A stretch of 64,000 nucleotides of DNA, from contig NC_058131.1 in the NCBI RefSeq assembly GCF_016433145.1, forward strand, positions 159,879,514-159,943,513, written 5' to 3'. A program made the position numbers and the translations under genes. The notes beneath the pieces are model-generated. The model made no database searches and was not told where the DNA came from. It saw only the letters and a program-made list of their open reading frames with translations. The first letter of the stretch is position 1. Every line of letters begins with the position of its first letter. Of this stretch, positions 25,121 to 38,290 are shown piece after piece. The DNA is from Gracilinanus agilis (Eukaryota).

Positions 25121-25285
25121 GTGTGCCCCGCTGGAGCAGGCACCCTGGATCCAGGGTCTCCCGGCAGCTGCTACCTGGACACTGCGCTGCGTCGGCGCCT
25201 CCGGGAGGAGTGGGGCGTGAGCGGCTGGACCCTTCTGCAGGCCCCTGGCGAGGCTGTGCTGGTACCTGCAGGGGCTCCTCACCAG
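25121..25285 (+). CDS. HR: HR exon 17 (JmjC; in-frame cassette)
   Basis: [20 protein letters not shown]...[27 protein letters not shown]; 165 nt; donor CAG|GTCTGG. Confidence 0.95.
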
Positions 25286-25966
25286 GTCTGGGCAGGCAGG
25301 ATGGGAGATTGGCCTACTCAGGATAAGAATTAATTTATGACCTTTGCCTAAACTCTACACTTTTCAAAGTGTTTTCATATCCAATATCTCCTTTTATCCT
25401 AAGGAAGTAGGCACAGCAGGCATAGTATTCCTATTTTAGAGCGTAGGAAACAGAGGCCAAGAGTCTCGAAGTGAATTGCTCAAGAATATGGCAAGTGATT
25501 AGGAGAGGAGGGGTGGGAGCCCAAGTACAACACATTTTGTAACCCTTAGAGTGCTGTCTAAATGTCAGAACTATGAATGTTGTACAAATGGGTATGGCTT
25601 ACTAGGAAAAGTGGCATAAGATAATGGAAAGAGCGTGGGATTTGGAGTCCAAAGGATCTGGCCGCAATCCTGGGTTTGCTAATTATTCCCTGTGGGACTT
25701 GACCGAGAGTTGAAACAGATGATCTCTTTAAAGAACTTGCTGGCCCCAGGATGCAGTGTTCAGTGTCCTTTCTATTATACATCTGATTTGAAGATGCTAT
25801 AATATTCCCCTAGTTCTGCTCTTACCCATTTACAAGGTCCTTGCCCCTTAAGAGCAAAATCCAAAGATTAGGACGGGGCACCAGAGTGTTGACCTGGAAC
25901 ATGAGGGGCAAAGAGCATCTTTGCATCCTCCCTATCCCCTTCATATCTCTCTCCTCCCTGGCACAG

Positions 25967-26095
25967 GTGCAGGGGCTGGTGAATTCGGTCAGTGTCACCC
26001 AGTATTTCCTGTCTCCTGAGACCATTGGCCTCTCCATCCAGCTCTGCCACCAGGCACCCAGCCTGCCCCCTGACACCCGCCAGGTTTATAGCCAG
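25967..26095 (+). CDS. HR: HR exon 18
   Basis: [30 protein letters not shown]; 129 nt. Confidence 0.95.
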
Positions 26096-26298
26096 GTAAG
26101 GGCCTCCATCATTGCCCTCTGGTACTGGGGAGCTATCAACCATGGAGAAGATGGCATCTTGTGTATTCAACCCGTGCCAAGGAAGTCTTAAGCTGTGGGT
26201 CCTTAAGGGTTCATGGGTTACTCCTGGATGGAAGAAGCCAAATACCAGAACCCATTATGGAACAGCACTTGATACATCCCCTCTTTTCTCTCCTGTAG

Positions 26299-26361
26299 AT
26301 GGACTGGGCCATATTTCAAGCGGTGAAGGAAGCTGTGGGAACCTTACACGATTCGAAATAG
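26299..26361 (+). CDS. HR: HR exon 19 coding part (stop)
   Basis: MDWAIFQAVKEAVGTLHDSK then TAG; total CDS 3537 or 3540 nt. Confidence 0.95.
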   Translation: MDWAIFQAVKEAVGTLHDSK

Positions 26362-27067
26362 GAGGAAGCCAGTCATTCAGGGTGGGAGGGGAAGCACAGA
26401 TAAGACAAGGCAAACACCAGCATGCCAACTGGGTGTTTGCCACAGCAACTCACCCCCTTGATATCAATTGGGGAAAATGCCAAAAACCTTGGGAATTAAC
26501 CCCATGGACAGCCCTCTGGTCACAAGCAAAGCATGACTTCTCAGGGCACCCTGCCTTGAACTCCCCAGTCAGTACACAGAGTACTGCCAATGCTTACATG
26601 CTCTCTGATACCACTCTACACATATACCTAAGGCTGGCACTGAATGAAGGGTCAGCTCTTCTGATGTGTGTTCTCCCTCCTCTTCTGGTACACAGTCTCA
26701 ATTGCCCACTGGGATCCCAGAGCGAGAAAAACAGTCCTTCTAAGACACCTGGGTGAACTTGGGAAATTAGTCTCACTTGAACTCTGCCACTGCCTTCTTG
26801 CCCTCAGCACTCCACCCTTGCCCAAATCCTCCTCCGTGTCTTCCCATCCTTGATGAATTCCCAGGGAAGTCCTTCCCACCATCACCCTTTGCCAAATGGG
26901 CACTATGAGGCAACCAGATTCTTCCTGATTCTGACTTGCCTTATAGAGGGGCTAAGAGGGCAGGGGATTAGATGGAGGTGAGGGATACTCCAGAGCTTGC
27001 AGGGTCTGCTGGCGGGACCATGGTCTGGGTGGCACTGCCCCTCTCTTCCTTGTGAGTTTGAGTACCC

Positions 27068-27073
27068 ATTAAA
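27068..27073 (+). terminator. HR: Probable HR polyadenylation signal
   Basis: ATTAAA followed by a GT/T-rich stretch (gtttgtgttgttttgtg...), with L2 debris beginning shortly after. Confidence 0.55.
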
Positions 27074-27389
27074 GTTTGTGTTGTTTTGTGAATACTTTCT
27101 GTGTGGTTGGCATTGTTTACAACGTCCACATAACATAGGAGAAGAGGGAAAGATTGAATTCCTTCCTTATGTTGGGGGAAGAGGGAGAAGCTGTGGAGAT
27201 CTTGGGATGGCTCCCAACCTACACATACATCCGTGGCCTTATTCCCAATCATTCCTGGACCAGGTCCTTCACCTGGCTGTTTTATCGTCAAGACTTGAAC
27301 TGACCAAAGGATGGAGCCTTCAATGTTGATGCCAGCATCAAAGACTCAGATGGGTGACCCTGGGCAAACCAGAGCAGTTGATCAAACAA

Positions 27390-28500
27390 TCAATCAGCAA
27401 GTATTTATTAAGCACCTACTATATGCCAGGCCCTGAAGACACAAGGGCAAAAGTAAGAGCATTTTTGCCCTCAAAGAGCTTGCATTCTTCTGGGAGGTAA
27501 GGAGAGGGAAGGAACCAGAGAACTGAGAAGCTCTCTGTTTGAGCCCATCAGTAGCCATAAGTGGGATTATAATCTCTATGCAAATAAGTGCTAGAAAGCC
27601 AGTCCTGGTAGTGCTTCTGACATGGTGAACTGAATGTCCCATAGGTATCTCAAGTTCAAGCTATCCAAAAGAGATCTCCTATATTCCCAAGTCTCACTCC
27701 TCTTCCAAACTTTCTACTATTCAGGGCACCAAGATCCTTCTAGTCATCTAGGTTTGAAACCTTGCTTCCATTTTCAATTCCTTAGTTTCACCCACTCCCC
27801 ATATTTAGTTAACTATCAAACCTTGGCTTTTCCATCTCTATAGTATTTCTCTACTCACAACACTCTAGTTCAAGCTTTCATCAACTCCTGCCTGAATTAT
27901 TGCATTGGTCCTCCTGCCTCAGATTTCTTGGTCACCCCACCCCACCTCAGTAAACTTCAGTGGCTCCCTATTGCCTCTAAGATCAAGTATAAAATACTCG
28001 GTATTTAAAGCCCGTCACAACCCAGTCCCTTTCTATCTTTCTGGCCTTCTTACACATTACTCTCCCATATACTCTACAGTCCAGACATTCTGGCCTATTT
28101 GCTGCTCTTCATGCACAAATGACCCTCCATTTCTCATCTCCTTGTTTTTGTATTGCCTGTTTTCTGTGCCTACAACATTCTTCCTCCTCACCTTCACCTC
28201 TCAGAATCTTTGACTTCTTTCAAGACTCAGCTTAAGTTCATTTTTCTAAAAGAGGCCTGTCTTTATTTCCTGGCAATTAGGGACATACCCTTTAAAATAA
28301 AATTCTCTTGTGACTTAGATCCCTTGGCCTACTCTTTCAGCCCATTTTCCTCACCCTGGATTTACTTGCTTCCATATTCCTCTCTTTGAACCGCTTGACT
28401 GGATTTCTAGACAGCAAGGTCCTTGAAGATGAGAATTGTGTCTTTTCTCAATAGTGCCTTGCACAAATGGGTAGTTAATGATAGCTGTTGAATTGAATCA
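27390..28500. mobile_element. L2 fragments (both orientations)
   Basis: caatcaatcagcaagtatttattaagcacctactat... and a pyrimidine-rich L2 body ending ...caatagtgccttgcacaaat. Confidence 0.6.
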
Positions 28501-29716
28501 AATGAGTGGACCACTTTAATTCATTTTTAATTCATTCATAATTACTTATTGTTGTCTTAGAATATCTGGTTTTCTGACCTTCCAACTGTCCTTCTGACCT
28601 GTGAATTGTCATCCTTGAGTAATCTCTACTATCTGGTTTCTCTTCTCTTGCTCAGTGGCTAGTGTGCACTGATAGAGAAATCACAAAATCAAGCTGATTT
28701 CATCCATTACAAATTCACGTTACATAACCTTGGCTGGGTCTTTGAAGCTACTTGATGAATCTTCTACTCTATCCCTATCTTATTTCCCCTTGGCATGTGT
28801 TTCTAACCATTCTTATCTTCCCTCCTGTCACCTCTTAACCCCACATTAAGAGCAACAGACTTGGCCTTCTCCTTTCTGGAAAATTCAATTGTGTCTGACT
28901 CTTCTTGACCCCATTTAGGGTTTTCTTGGCAAAAATACTGGAATGCTTTCCCATTTCTTTTCCCAGCTCATTTTAGAGATGAGAAAACTGAGGCAGAGAG
29001 TTAAGTGACTTGCTCATGGTCACACAACTAAGTGTCTGAGGCCGGATTTGAACTCGGGAAGATGCATCTTGACTCCAGGCCTGGTATTCTATCCAATTCA
29101 CATTCTGGAAAAGACTGAGGCGATCTGGTGAGAGCTTCTGCGGGCTCCCTTTCTCCAGGCCTCAAAGTTCAGTCTCCTTGTCCACTGACTTCTCCCTGCC
29201 TCCAAGCATAGAAAAGGTAATGCTGTCCTTGATTAAGATTAATCTCTCATTTGAATCTATTGCTCCTTCTTCTAGAACCCTGCTGGAGAAGTCATCCCCC
29301 CTCTATCAAACATCTCTAGTCTCTTCTTCCTCATTGGAGTCAAATCTTTCCTACCTGCCTGCAAATATGTTTTGGTTTTCCTAAACCTCAAAATACCTTC
29401 TGTTGTCCTTGCTTATCCATCTAGCTACCATCCCATTTCACTAGCCTTTACTAGTAAACTTCTGGAAAGGGTGTCTGAAGCCTTCACTTCTTCACCATCT
29501 ACTTTCTCCTCAATTCTTTGTGCCATCTGGTAGCTGAACCTTCATGCTCTCACCCTGTGGCCCAGTGAAATTTTTCCTTTTTTAAAAAACTTTTACCCTC
29601 TGAGGCAGCTAGGTGGACTTCCTAGCTGTGAGATCCTGGGGCAAGTCACTTAACCCCAAAGGCCTGCACCCTTACTGAGTATCAGTTCCAAGGCAGAAAA
29701 GATGTAAGGGCTAGGC

Positions 29717-29924
29717 CCATGTTGGCAAACCTATGGCACATGTGCCAGAGGGGACACTCAGAGCCCTCTCTGTGGGCACGTGTGCCATTGCCCCAGCAAA
29801 GAGTTCACCAGAATTCATTACTAGAAAGCCAGAGGGACTTGTACTTGGGCTACACAAGTTCCCTCCTGTTCTCCACACAGTTTGCAGTTTGGGCCCTCGG
29901 TCTCTAAAAGTTTCACCATCACAG
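29717..29924. mobile_element. hAT/Charlie non-autonomous DNA transposon, OC1 (OposCharlie1)-like
   Basis: Degenerate TIRs ccatgttggcaaacct / agtttcaccatcacag; 8-bp TSD ggctaggc / gtctaggc. Confidence 0.75.
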
Positions 29925-31864
29925 GTCTAGGCCCTGGGAGTTAAGTGACTTGTCAGTGTCACATAGATAGGAAGTTTCTGAGGTCAAATTTGAACCCAGG
30001 ACCTCCTATCTCCATCCACTGAGACACCTAGCTGCCCCTTGCAACATTCGTTTTTAATGGTTTTGTGGGGGCTATTCCTTCCATCCCCATTGTTGTAGTC
30101 ATTGTGTATGTTGTTTTCCTGGCTCTGCTTACTTCACTTTTCCTCAGTTTATAGAATTCTTTCCATAATTCTCTATATTCATCCTATTTGTCTTTTCTTA
30201 CCATATAGTAATACTTCCTATTTTTCTAGCTGCTATGCACTTTTTCCATTGATGGGTCCATCTTTTCTGTTCCATAATGTGGGTCTTCCCCAGGGTTTGT
30301 TCTTGGCTCTCTTCTCCCTAATTCTAATAGGCTTCAACCATCGCCTCTCTGCATACGACTCCCGTGTCTATAACTAATCACTGGCCTCTTTTTCAGAGTT
30401 CTCCACTTGTTATAGAATATACTTTCTTCTGGATGTTCTTTTGTCACTTTGAAATCTACACATCCCAAATGAAATTATTTGTATTTCTCCCTTTCTGACT
30501 TGAGTATTTCTAAAGTCTGTAACACCAATACTCATCCTTTTTCCTGTGCTTAAAACAGAACTAGAGAAATTTAATATTTGTTTAGAAGATAAGCTCATTT
30601 GCAAAACATTACAGAGAAGATTGGTAAGATATTGTGAACAGGCCAGTTAGGTAGCACAGTGCACAGAACATCAGGCCTGGAGTTGGGAGGTCCTGGGTTC
30701 AAATTTGACCTCAAACTCTTCCTGTCTGACCTTGGGCAAGTCATTTAACCCCAATTGCCTAGCTATTGTTACTCTATGTCTTATAATTAATATTAAGACA
30801 GAAGGTAAGAAATTAAATATATATATGTGTGTGTGTGTGTGTGTATGTATGAGCAGCAGCATCTTACCAGGCAGCAAAAAGGAACTGTGGGGGAAATGAG
30901 AATGCAAGAAAAAAAAAAAAAACACCTTGGAACAAGATCCAAATAAGCCAGATGTTCCCCAAAGCATTTGTGTGTAAAACCATAAAAGTGGATGGGGTGT
31001 AGTAAACAACAAATAGCTGCAAAATGAAATATATTTGCCAACCTAATATACTTTAAATGCATCTGAAATATATTTGACTGAATAAAAGTGAGTGCTTTAA
31101 AAAAAATTTGCTCAGCATGGCAGGGTGGGGTTAGTAGGAGGGATAGATGAATTAATGCAGCTACATGATACAGTGAATAGAGGAATAGAGCACTGAGCTG
31201 GAGTCAGGAAGACCTGAGTTTAAATTCAGCCTCAGAAACTTACAAGCTGTGTGATCCTGGGCAAGTCACTTAAACCTGTTGGCATCAGTTTCCTCATTTG
31301 TAAAACAAGCTGGAGAAGCAAACTACTCTATCTATTATCTCTGCCAAGAAACCCCCAAATGGGATCACGAAGAGTCAGATGTGACTGAATGACTAAACAA
31401 GAACAACAAAGGGCCAAGCGCCAGGACTACCAATATGAAATAGAAGCAGTCTCTGTCGTCAAGAAGCTTACATTCTGCTAATGGCATTGCGCTGACTGTA
31501 TCAAGTCTGGAACATGATGGAGTCTTCTAAATAAGACTGTTGGCCAGCCAAAAGAAATGGATAATATAGGAAAAACCAAGTTGATGAAGAACATATGATT
31601 ACCAAAGCAGAAAGGAGCCATCAGGGAAGCCCTGATCAATTTAGAGAACTCCTCAACCAGAGGAGACTAAGGAATGAGGGTCTTTGTTTGGAGACATCTG
31701 CAGATTATTTTCCTATTCAGGTGACACTGTCCACTAATGCCCTACTTAGAGGATGAAGACAACTTCTACAACTGGGATTCCAAGACAACGGTCAGATTGG
31801 GACTCCGGGGGGCATGCTCTTGTGGGAGAAGCCATACCACTCTCTGCTCTGTTAAGATGAGCCA

Positions 31865-31897
<33 letters not shown>

Positions 31898-32439
31898 GTT
31901 TCTTGTTTGGGCTTATTCAAAAGACAGACCAAGCAACTGAGCATCTTTGTATTCTTGAGTGATAAGGGTACACAGTGCCATATGCAATTTCTTCCTCTTA
32001 CTCTTTCCCCCAGGAGCAGTAGACTGGGACTTGGGGCAGAAGTATATAGGAAAAGTAGACATAAGCTTGCATTCTGACTGAGAAAGTAATTCGTGGGCCA
32101 TGTTTCTGAACCCAGTTCCTGTGTGATGGAGGTGGAGTTTGGAATATTCCAAACAGTGTGTCTTTTGCCTCTTTTTGTCTTCCCAAAGCTTAGCACCGTG
32201 CCTGGCACATAGCAGGCACTTGAGTGTTTATTGATTGGATTGTCTTTACATATTTATAATAGGGTTTTTTCTTGCTGTTTCAATGAGGGGAGGAGAGATA
32301 AAAAGAAGAGAATTCAGAGCTAAAATGAAAATAAATTTAATTTTTTAAAAATAGATCATTAGGATGGGTAGCAATCTCCATCACTGAAGAAAATAGCCAC
32401 ACTGATGAAACTGCAGAGCCACGGGAATATTAATTTATT

Positions 32440-32630
32440 ATGAAATACTCTTGGATGAAGAGTCTATTGAATTAATTCATCAGGACATTTTTATCTCCAA
32501 CAGGCACTGCAGCTAGACAATGAGTTGGGCCCAGAATTGAATAGGAGAAAGAAAAAGGCTGGGTTACATTTGGAAAACTGATGTGTCTTCATTACTCTCT
32601 AGTGCCTCCCTGCTGCAAAATCCTTTCAAA
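32440..32630 (+). mobile_element. RTE LINE RT fragment
   Basis: Translates ...DNELGPELNRRKKKAGLHLEN, similar to RTE ELNRRKRAGW.AFGKL. Confidence 0.6.
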
Positions 32631-33129
32631 AGAGATACCAGTAACCTTGTTGTATCCTGAGTCATGTCATTTGCTTCATGCCATTTGCAAACTAGATTCG
32701 GAATCAGAGAACCTTATCTGAAGTTCTGTCTCCACTACTTATTATTACTGGTGTGACCTTGAAGAAGTCACTTCACATTTTTTGCATTTCGATTTCTTTT
32801 ATTTATTTATTTTTTTAAAATTCTTACCTTCTGTCTTAGAATCAAAACTAAGTATTGGCTCCAAGGTAGAGGAGTAGTAAGGGCTAGGCAATGGGGTTAA
32901 TTACTTCCTCAGTCAGAATACACTCTTATGTCTACTTTTCCTATATACTTCTGCCCCAAGTCCCAGTCAACTGCTCCTGGGGGTAAGGGTAAGAGGAAGA
33001 AATTGCATATGGCACTGTGTACCACATAGCTAGGAAGTGTCGGAGGCCAGAATTGAACCCAAGACCTCCTGTCTCTAGGCTCTCAGTTCACTAAACCATC
33101 TAGCTGTTCCCATGCAATTTTCTTATAAA

Positions 33130-35030
33130 ATTGTCTCTATATGCCCATTCCCCAATTGATAGTCTAATGATACAAACAGGCAGTTTTCAAAGGAAGAAAT
33201 CCAAACTCTCAATAGTTTTATGAAAAAATGCTTCTAAATACTAACAAATAGAGAAATTCAAATTAAAACATTCTTTATTATAATTTTATCATAATTTTAA
33301 ATCTTTAAATAAAAAATAAACATAAAAATATCAAAATCGATTATCATCATAATTATCAGTAAAGAGGTTCTACTTCACACTGGTCAGATTGACAATGTTC
33401 TGGCAAGAAAAATGACAATTATTGGAGGGACCACAAGAAAACAAGCACATTAATGTACTGTCCATGGAGTTGTGAATTGTTCCAGCTATTCTGGAAAATG
33501 ATTTGGAACTATGCCCAAAATATAGTATGTATCCTTTAACTTAGCAATACCACTAGTCTATACCCCAAAAAGATCAAAGAAAGGGGAAAAGAATCTATAT
33601 ATACAAAAATATTTAGAGCAATTCTTTTTTTAGTGTCAAAGAACTAGAAAGCAAGGGAGATCCCCATAATTTGACTGAATAACTTATGTTATATTAATGT
33701 AATGGAACATCACTGCATCATAAAAAATAATGGTTTCAAAGGAAAATGAGAAAATTTATATCAATTGATGCTGAAGAATGAATGAGCAGAACCAGAAAAA
33801 AATTTACACAATAATAACAGTGTAAAAATAAATAGTGAAAGACGTAAGAACTCCAGTCAACACAATGATCCACCATGATTCCAGAAGACTGGTGATGAAG
33901 AGACTCATGGACCATCATTTTTCTGATGTAAATGTGGGAATGTATGTTTCTTAAGGATTTATATTTTCTTTTTTTTTCCCCAGGGGAATGAGGAGAGAAA
34001 ACAAATGTTCATCAATCAATTAATTGGCTCTATAAAATGAGGGTGGACTAAATGACCTCTAGAGAAGAAGGAATAACTAGAAGAGAGTGATAGCTAGGTT
34101 AGAAGTCTTGTGGTTATTCACAAAATACATTCCTCATCCAGTCCACCTAGATCCATCTTGTCTTCAAAAGTATCATTGGGACTTTTGTCATGTCATTTTT
34201 ACTGAAATCCAAGAATGTGACTGCTATAGCTTTCCTCTGTTCTACCAGATGAAAAAATCAGAGCTATCAATAATAACATATAATAGATGCAAGGAAGAAA
34301 CCAGTGGAAATGTGTGTTGGCTACTGGGGGATGGGGGTGGATGGGGAGAGAGAGAGCAAGGACATGAATAATGGAATCATGGAAAAAATTTTTCTAAAAA
34401 ATAAAAATAAAAAATAATAACATATAGTAACATGAAGAAAATGTTCTAAATTCCTCTTGATTAGAAAAATGCATATTAAAATAATTCTGAGGTACCATTT
34501 CACACCTATCAGATTGACCCATATGGCAGTAAAGGAAAATGAAAAATGTTGGAGGAGCTATGGCAAAACTGGAACCCTAAGCCATAGTGGAGTTGTGAAG
34601 TGATCCAACATTCTGGAGGACAATTAGGAATCATGTCCAAAGAGCTATAAAACAATGCATATCCTTTGATCCAGTAATACCACTACTAGGTCTATATTCC
34701 AGAAAGATAAAAAAAGGGGGGGGTGGGAGTGGGGAAGGACCTACTTGTACAAAAATATTTATAGCTGCTCTTTTTGTGATGGCAAAGAATTAGAAATTAA
34801 AGGGATATCCATTAATTGGGGAATGGCTGAACAAATTATGGTATATAATGGTGATAGAAACAATTGTTCTGTAAGGAATCATTGATGAATGGGATGGTTT
34901 CAGAAAGAGCTGGAAAGACCTTTATGGACTGATGCAGAATGAAATAAGTAGAACCAGGAAATCATTGCAAATAGTAACAGGAATACTGTGGAATGGCCAA
35001 CTGTGACAGACTTAGCTATTATCAACAATA
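33130..35030 (+). mobile_element. Two decayed L1 3' ORF2/3'UTR fragments (about 33130-33900 and 34420-35030)
   Basis: gaaatgcatattaaaataattctgaggtacca..cacacctatcagattg..., gatccagtaataccactactagg. Confidence 0.8.
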
Positions 35031-35489
35031 TAAGGATCCAGAACAATTCTTTTAAGAAAAATTTTAACAAATTTCCACATAAATTTTCCAAAGCCATATG
35101 ATCCATATTGTCTCTCTTTCTTCTTCTCTCCCCACTCCTGGAGCTGACAAGCAATTCAATCTGGGTTATACTTGTATTTTCATGCAAAACATATTTCCAT
35201 ATTGTTCATTTTTATAAGCAAATAATCTTATAGAACCAAAATCCCAAAACATATACCCAAATAAATAAGTGACAAATCATGTTTTCACCTGCATTTCTAC
35301 TACAATAGTTCTTTCTCTGGAGGTGGAGAGTATTCTTTTTCATAAGACCTCATAATTGTCTAGATCACTGGAGTTAGGCTGCAGATCAAAGCATGCAATT
35401 TTTCAATTTTGGGGGGGGGTTGTATTTTGGGGTTTTGGTTTTACAAAGATTACTCCCTTACAAAAATGAATAATATAGAAATAAAACCC

Positions 35490-38290
35490 CCCCAAAACCC
35501 CTTTACAACCAAAAGCAGAAATGCACAGTTTTAAACCATAATGCAACAAAAATTACATCTAACAACAGAGAAAGAAAACCATAGACCAATTTTCTTAATG
35601 AATATTGATATAAAAATGTTAAATAAAATACTAACAAGGGGATTATAGCAATATATCACAAAGATCATATACTATGAATAGATGGAATTTACACCAGGAA
35701 TGAAAAACTGATTCAATATTAGGAAAACTATTAGCATAATTGACCATATTCATAACAATAATAAGAAAAATCATATGGTTTTATCATTAGATGTGGAAAA
35801 AAGCCTTTGGCAAAATACTGGAAAGCAAAGGAATCAATGTAGCCTTTCTTAAAATAATAAATAGTTTCTATCTAAAACCATTAACAAGCACTATCTATAA
35901 AGAGGATAAGTTAGAAGCCTTCCCAATAAGATCAGGAGTGAAGTGAAGATGTCCGTTAACACCACTATTATTCAATATTGTATGCGAAATGCTAGCTATA
36001 GCAATAACACAAGAAAAAGAAATTGAAGGATTAAAAATAAGCAATGAAGAAAGGAAACTATTGTTCTCTCCAGATGATATGATAGTATATTTCAAGAACC
36101 CTGGAGAAGCAATTAAAAAATTAGTTGAAACAATTAACAACTTCAACGAAGTTTCAGAATATAAAATAAACCCATATAAATTATCAGCATTTCTATATGC
36201 TCACAACAAAACCTAGGAGAAAGAAATAAAAAAAAGAAACTCCATTTAAAATAACTCAGACAATATGAAACATTTGGGAGTCTACCTGCCAAGATAAACC
36301 AAGGGATTATATGATCATAATCACAAAACACTTTTGCACAAAAGCAGATCTAAACAATTCATGAAATACTAATTGCTTATGGATAAGCCAAGTCAATATA
36401 ATAAAAATGACAATTCTACCCAAGTTAATTTACTTATTTGGGACCATATCACTGTAACTAATAAAGAATTATTTTATAGAACTAGAAAAAATAGAAACTA
36501 AATTCATTTGGAAGAACAAAAGGTCAATATTAAGGGAATCAATGAAAAAATGTTAAGGGATGTGACCTATCATTTCCAGATTTCAAACTATATTACAAGA
36601 CTATAATCATCAAAGCAATCTGGTACTGGCTAAGAAATAGAGTGGTGGATCAATGGAATAGATTATAAAATACACAGTAGTAATGACCATTGTAATTTAG
36701 TGTTTGATAAACTCAAAAATTCAAACTTTGGGTGTAAGAACTCAATATCTGACAAAAATTACTAGAACTGGAAAGCAGTTTGGCAGAAACTAGGCATAGA
36801 CAAACATCTCACACCATATGCCAAGATATGGTCAAAATGGATAAATGGTTTAGCCATAAAGGGGATATCATAAGTAAATTAGAGGAACATGGAAATATAT
36901 ATTTGTCAGATCTATGGAGAAGGGAAGAATTTAAGTCTAAACAAGAAATAATAGTATTATGGGAAGTAAAATGGATCATTATGATTACATGAAATTAAAA
37001 AGCTTTCGCACAAACAAAACCAGTGCAGCCAAATTTAGAAGAAAACAGGAAACTGGGAAAAGATTTTTGCAACAAGTTTCTCTTTTAAAGACCTCATTTC
37101 TCAAATATGTAGGGAACTGAGTTAAAATGATAAAAAAAAAAAATAAGAGCCATCTCCCAGTTGATAAATGGTCAAAGGATATGTACAGGCAGTTTTTAGG
37201 AGAAGAAATTAAAGTAAGAGTCACATGAAAAAATGCTCAAAATTACTACTGATTAGAGAAATGCAGATTAAGACCTCTGAGATACTACCTCATAGCTATC
37301 AGACTGACTAACATGACAGAAAAGGAAAATTACAAATTCTGGTGGGGGGATGTGGAAAAATTCGGACACTAATGCAATGTTAGGTGGCACAATGGATAGA
37401 GTGTGGTGCTTGAAGTCAGGAAGATTCATATTCCTGAGTTCAAATTTGGCCTTAAATACTTACTAGCAATGACTCTGGGCAAGTCACTTAACCCTCTTTG
37501 CCTCAGTTACTCATCTGTAAAATGAGCTGGAGCAGGAAATGGCAAACCAATCCCAGTATCTTTACTAAGAAAATCTAAATGGTTTCATGAAGAGTTGGAC
37601 ATGACTGAAACAAGTCAATAGCAACAGTGTATTGCTTGTGTTGTTAACTGATCTAACCATTCTAGAGAGCAATTTGGAACTATGCATTTATTCCCCCAAA
37701 GTCTACAAAATTGTGCATATCCTTTGACTTACCAATACTAATAGCTCTGTATTTCAAAGAGATCAAGGAAAAGAGAAAAGGACCTTTTTGTACAAAGCAG
37801 CTGTTTTTGTGGTAACAAAGAATTGGAAACCGAGGGTATGCCCACTGACTGGGAAATGGTGAGAGAAGCTGTGGTATGTGATATGCTATAAAAAATGACC
37901 AGCAGGATGGTTTCAGAAAAACCTGGGAAGACGAATATGAACTGGTGCAAAGTGGAGTAGAACCAGAAGAACTGTACACAGTGACAGCAATAGTGTAATG
38001 ATTATTAACTGCAAAAGATTTAGCTACTCTGACTAAGAAAATGATATAAGATAATTCCAGGGATCTGTAATGTCCACCTCCAGGAAAAGAACTGATCAAT
38101 TCTGAATACAGAATGAAGCATATTTTTAAAAAACTTTATTTTTATTGTTTTCTTTTGAGTTTTTTTTTGAAATATGGCTAATCTGGAAATATATTTTGTA
38201 TGACTTCACATGTATAATCAAAATCAAGTTGCTTGCCTTCTTAAGGCGAAGGGGAGAGGTCAGAGGAAGAAAAGAATTTGGAACTCAAAC
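35490..38290 (+). mobile_element. L1 ORF2 (RT to 3' end), decayed, with a MAR1 insertion at about 37380-37625
   Basis: LLFSPDDMIVYFKNP (FADD motif) near 36061; RSGVK.RCPLTPLLFNIV. Confidence 0.9.

Noticed and set aside
34050-34320. Unassigned segment between L1s as further Gypsy gag
   Set aside because: Only vague resemblance (IQECDC, DEKIRAI); not enough to call
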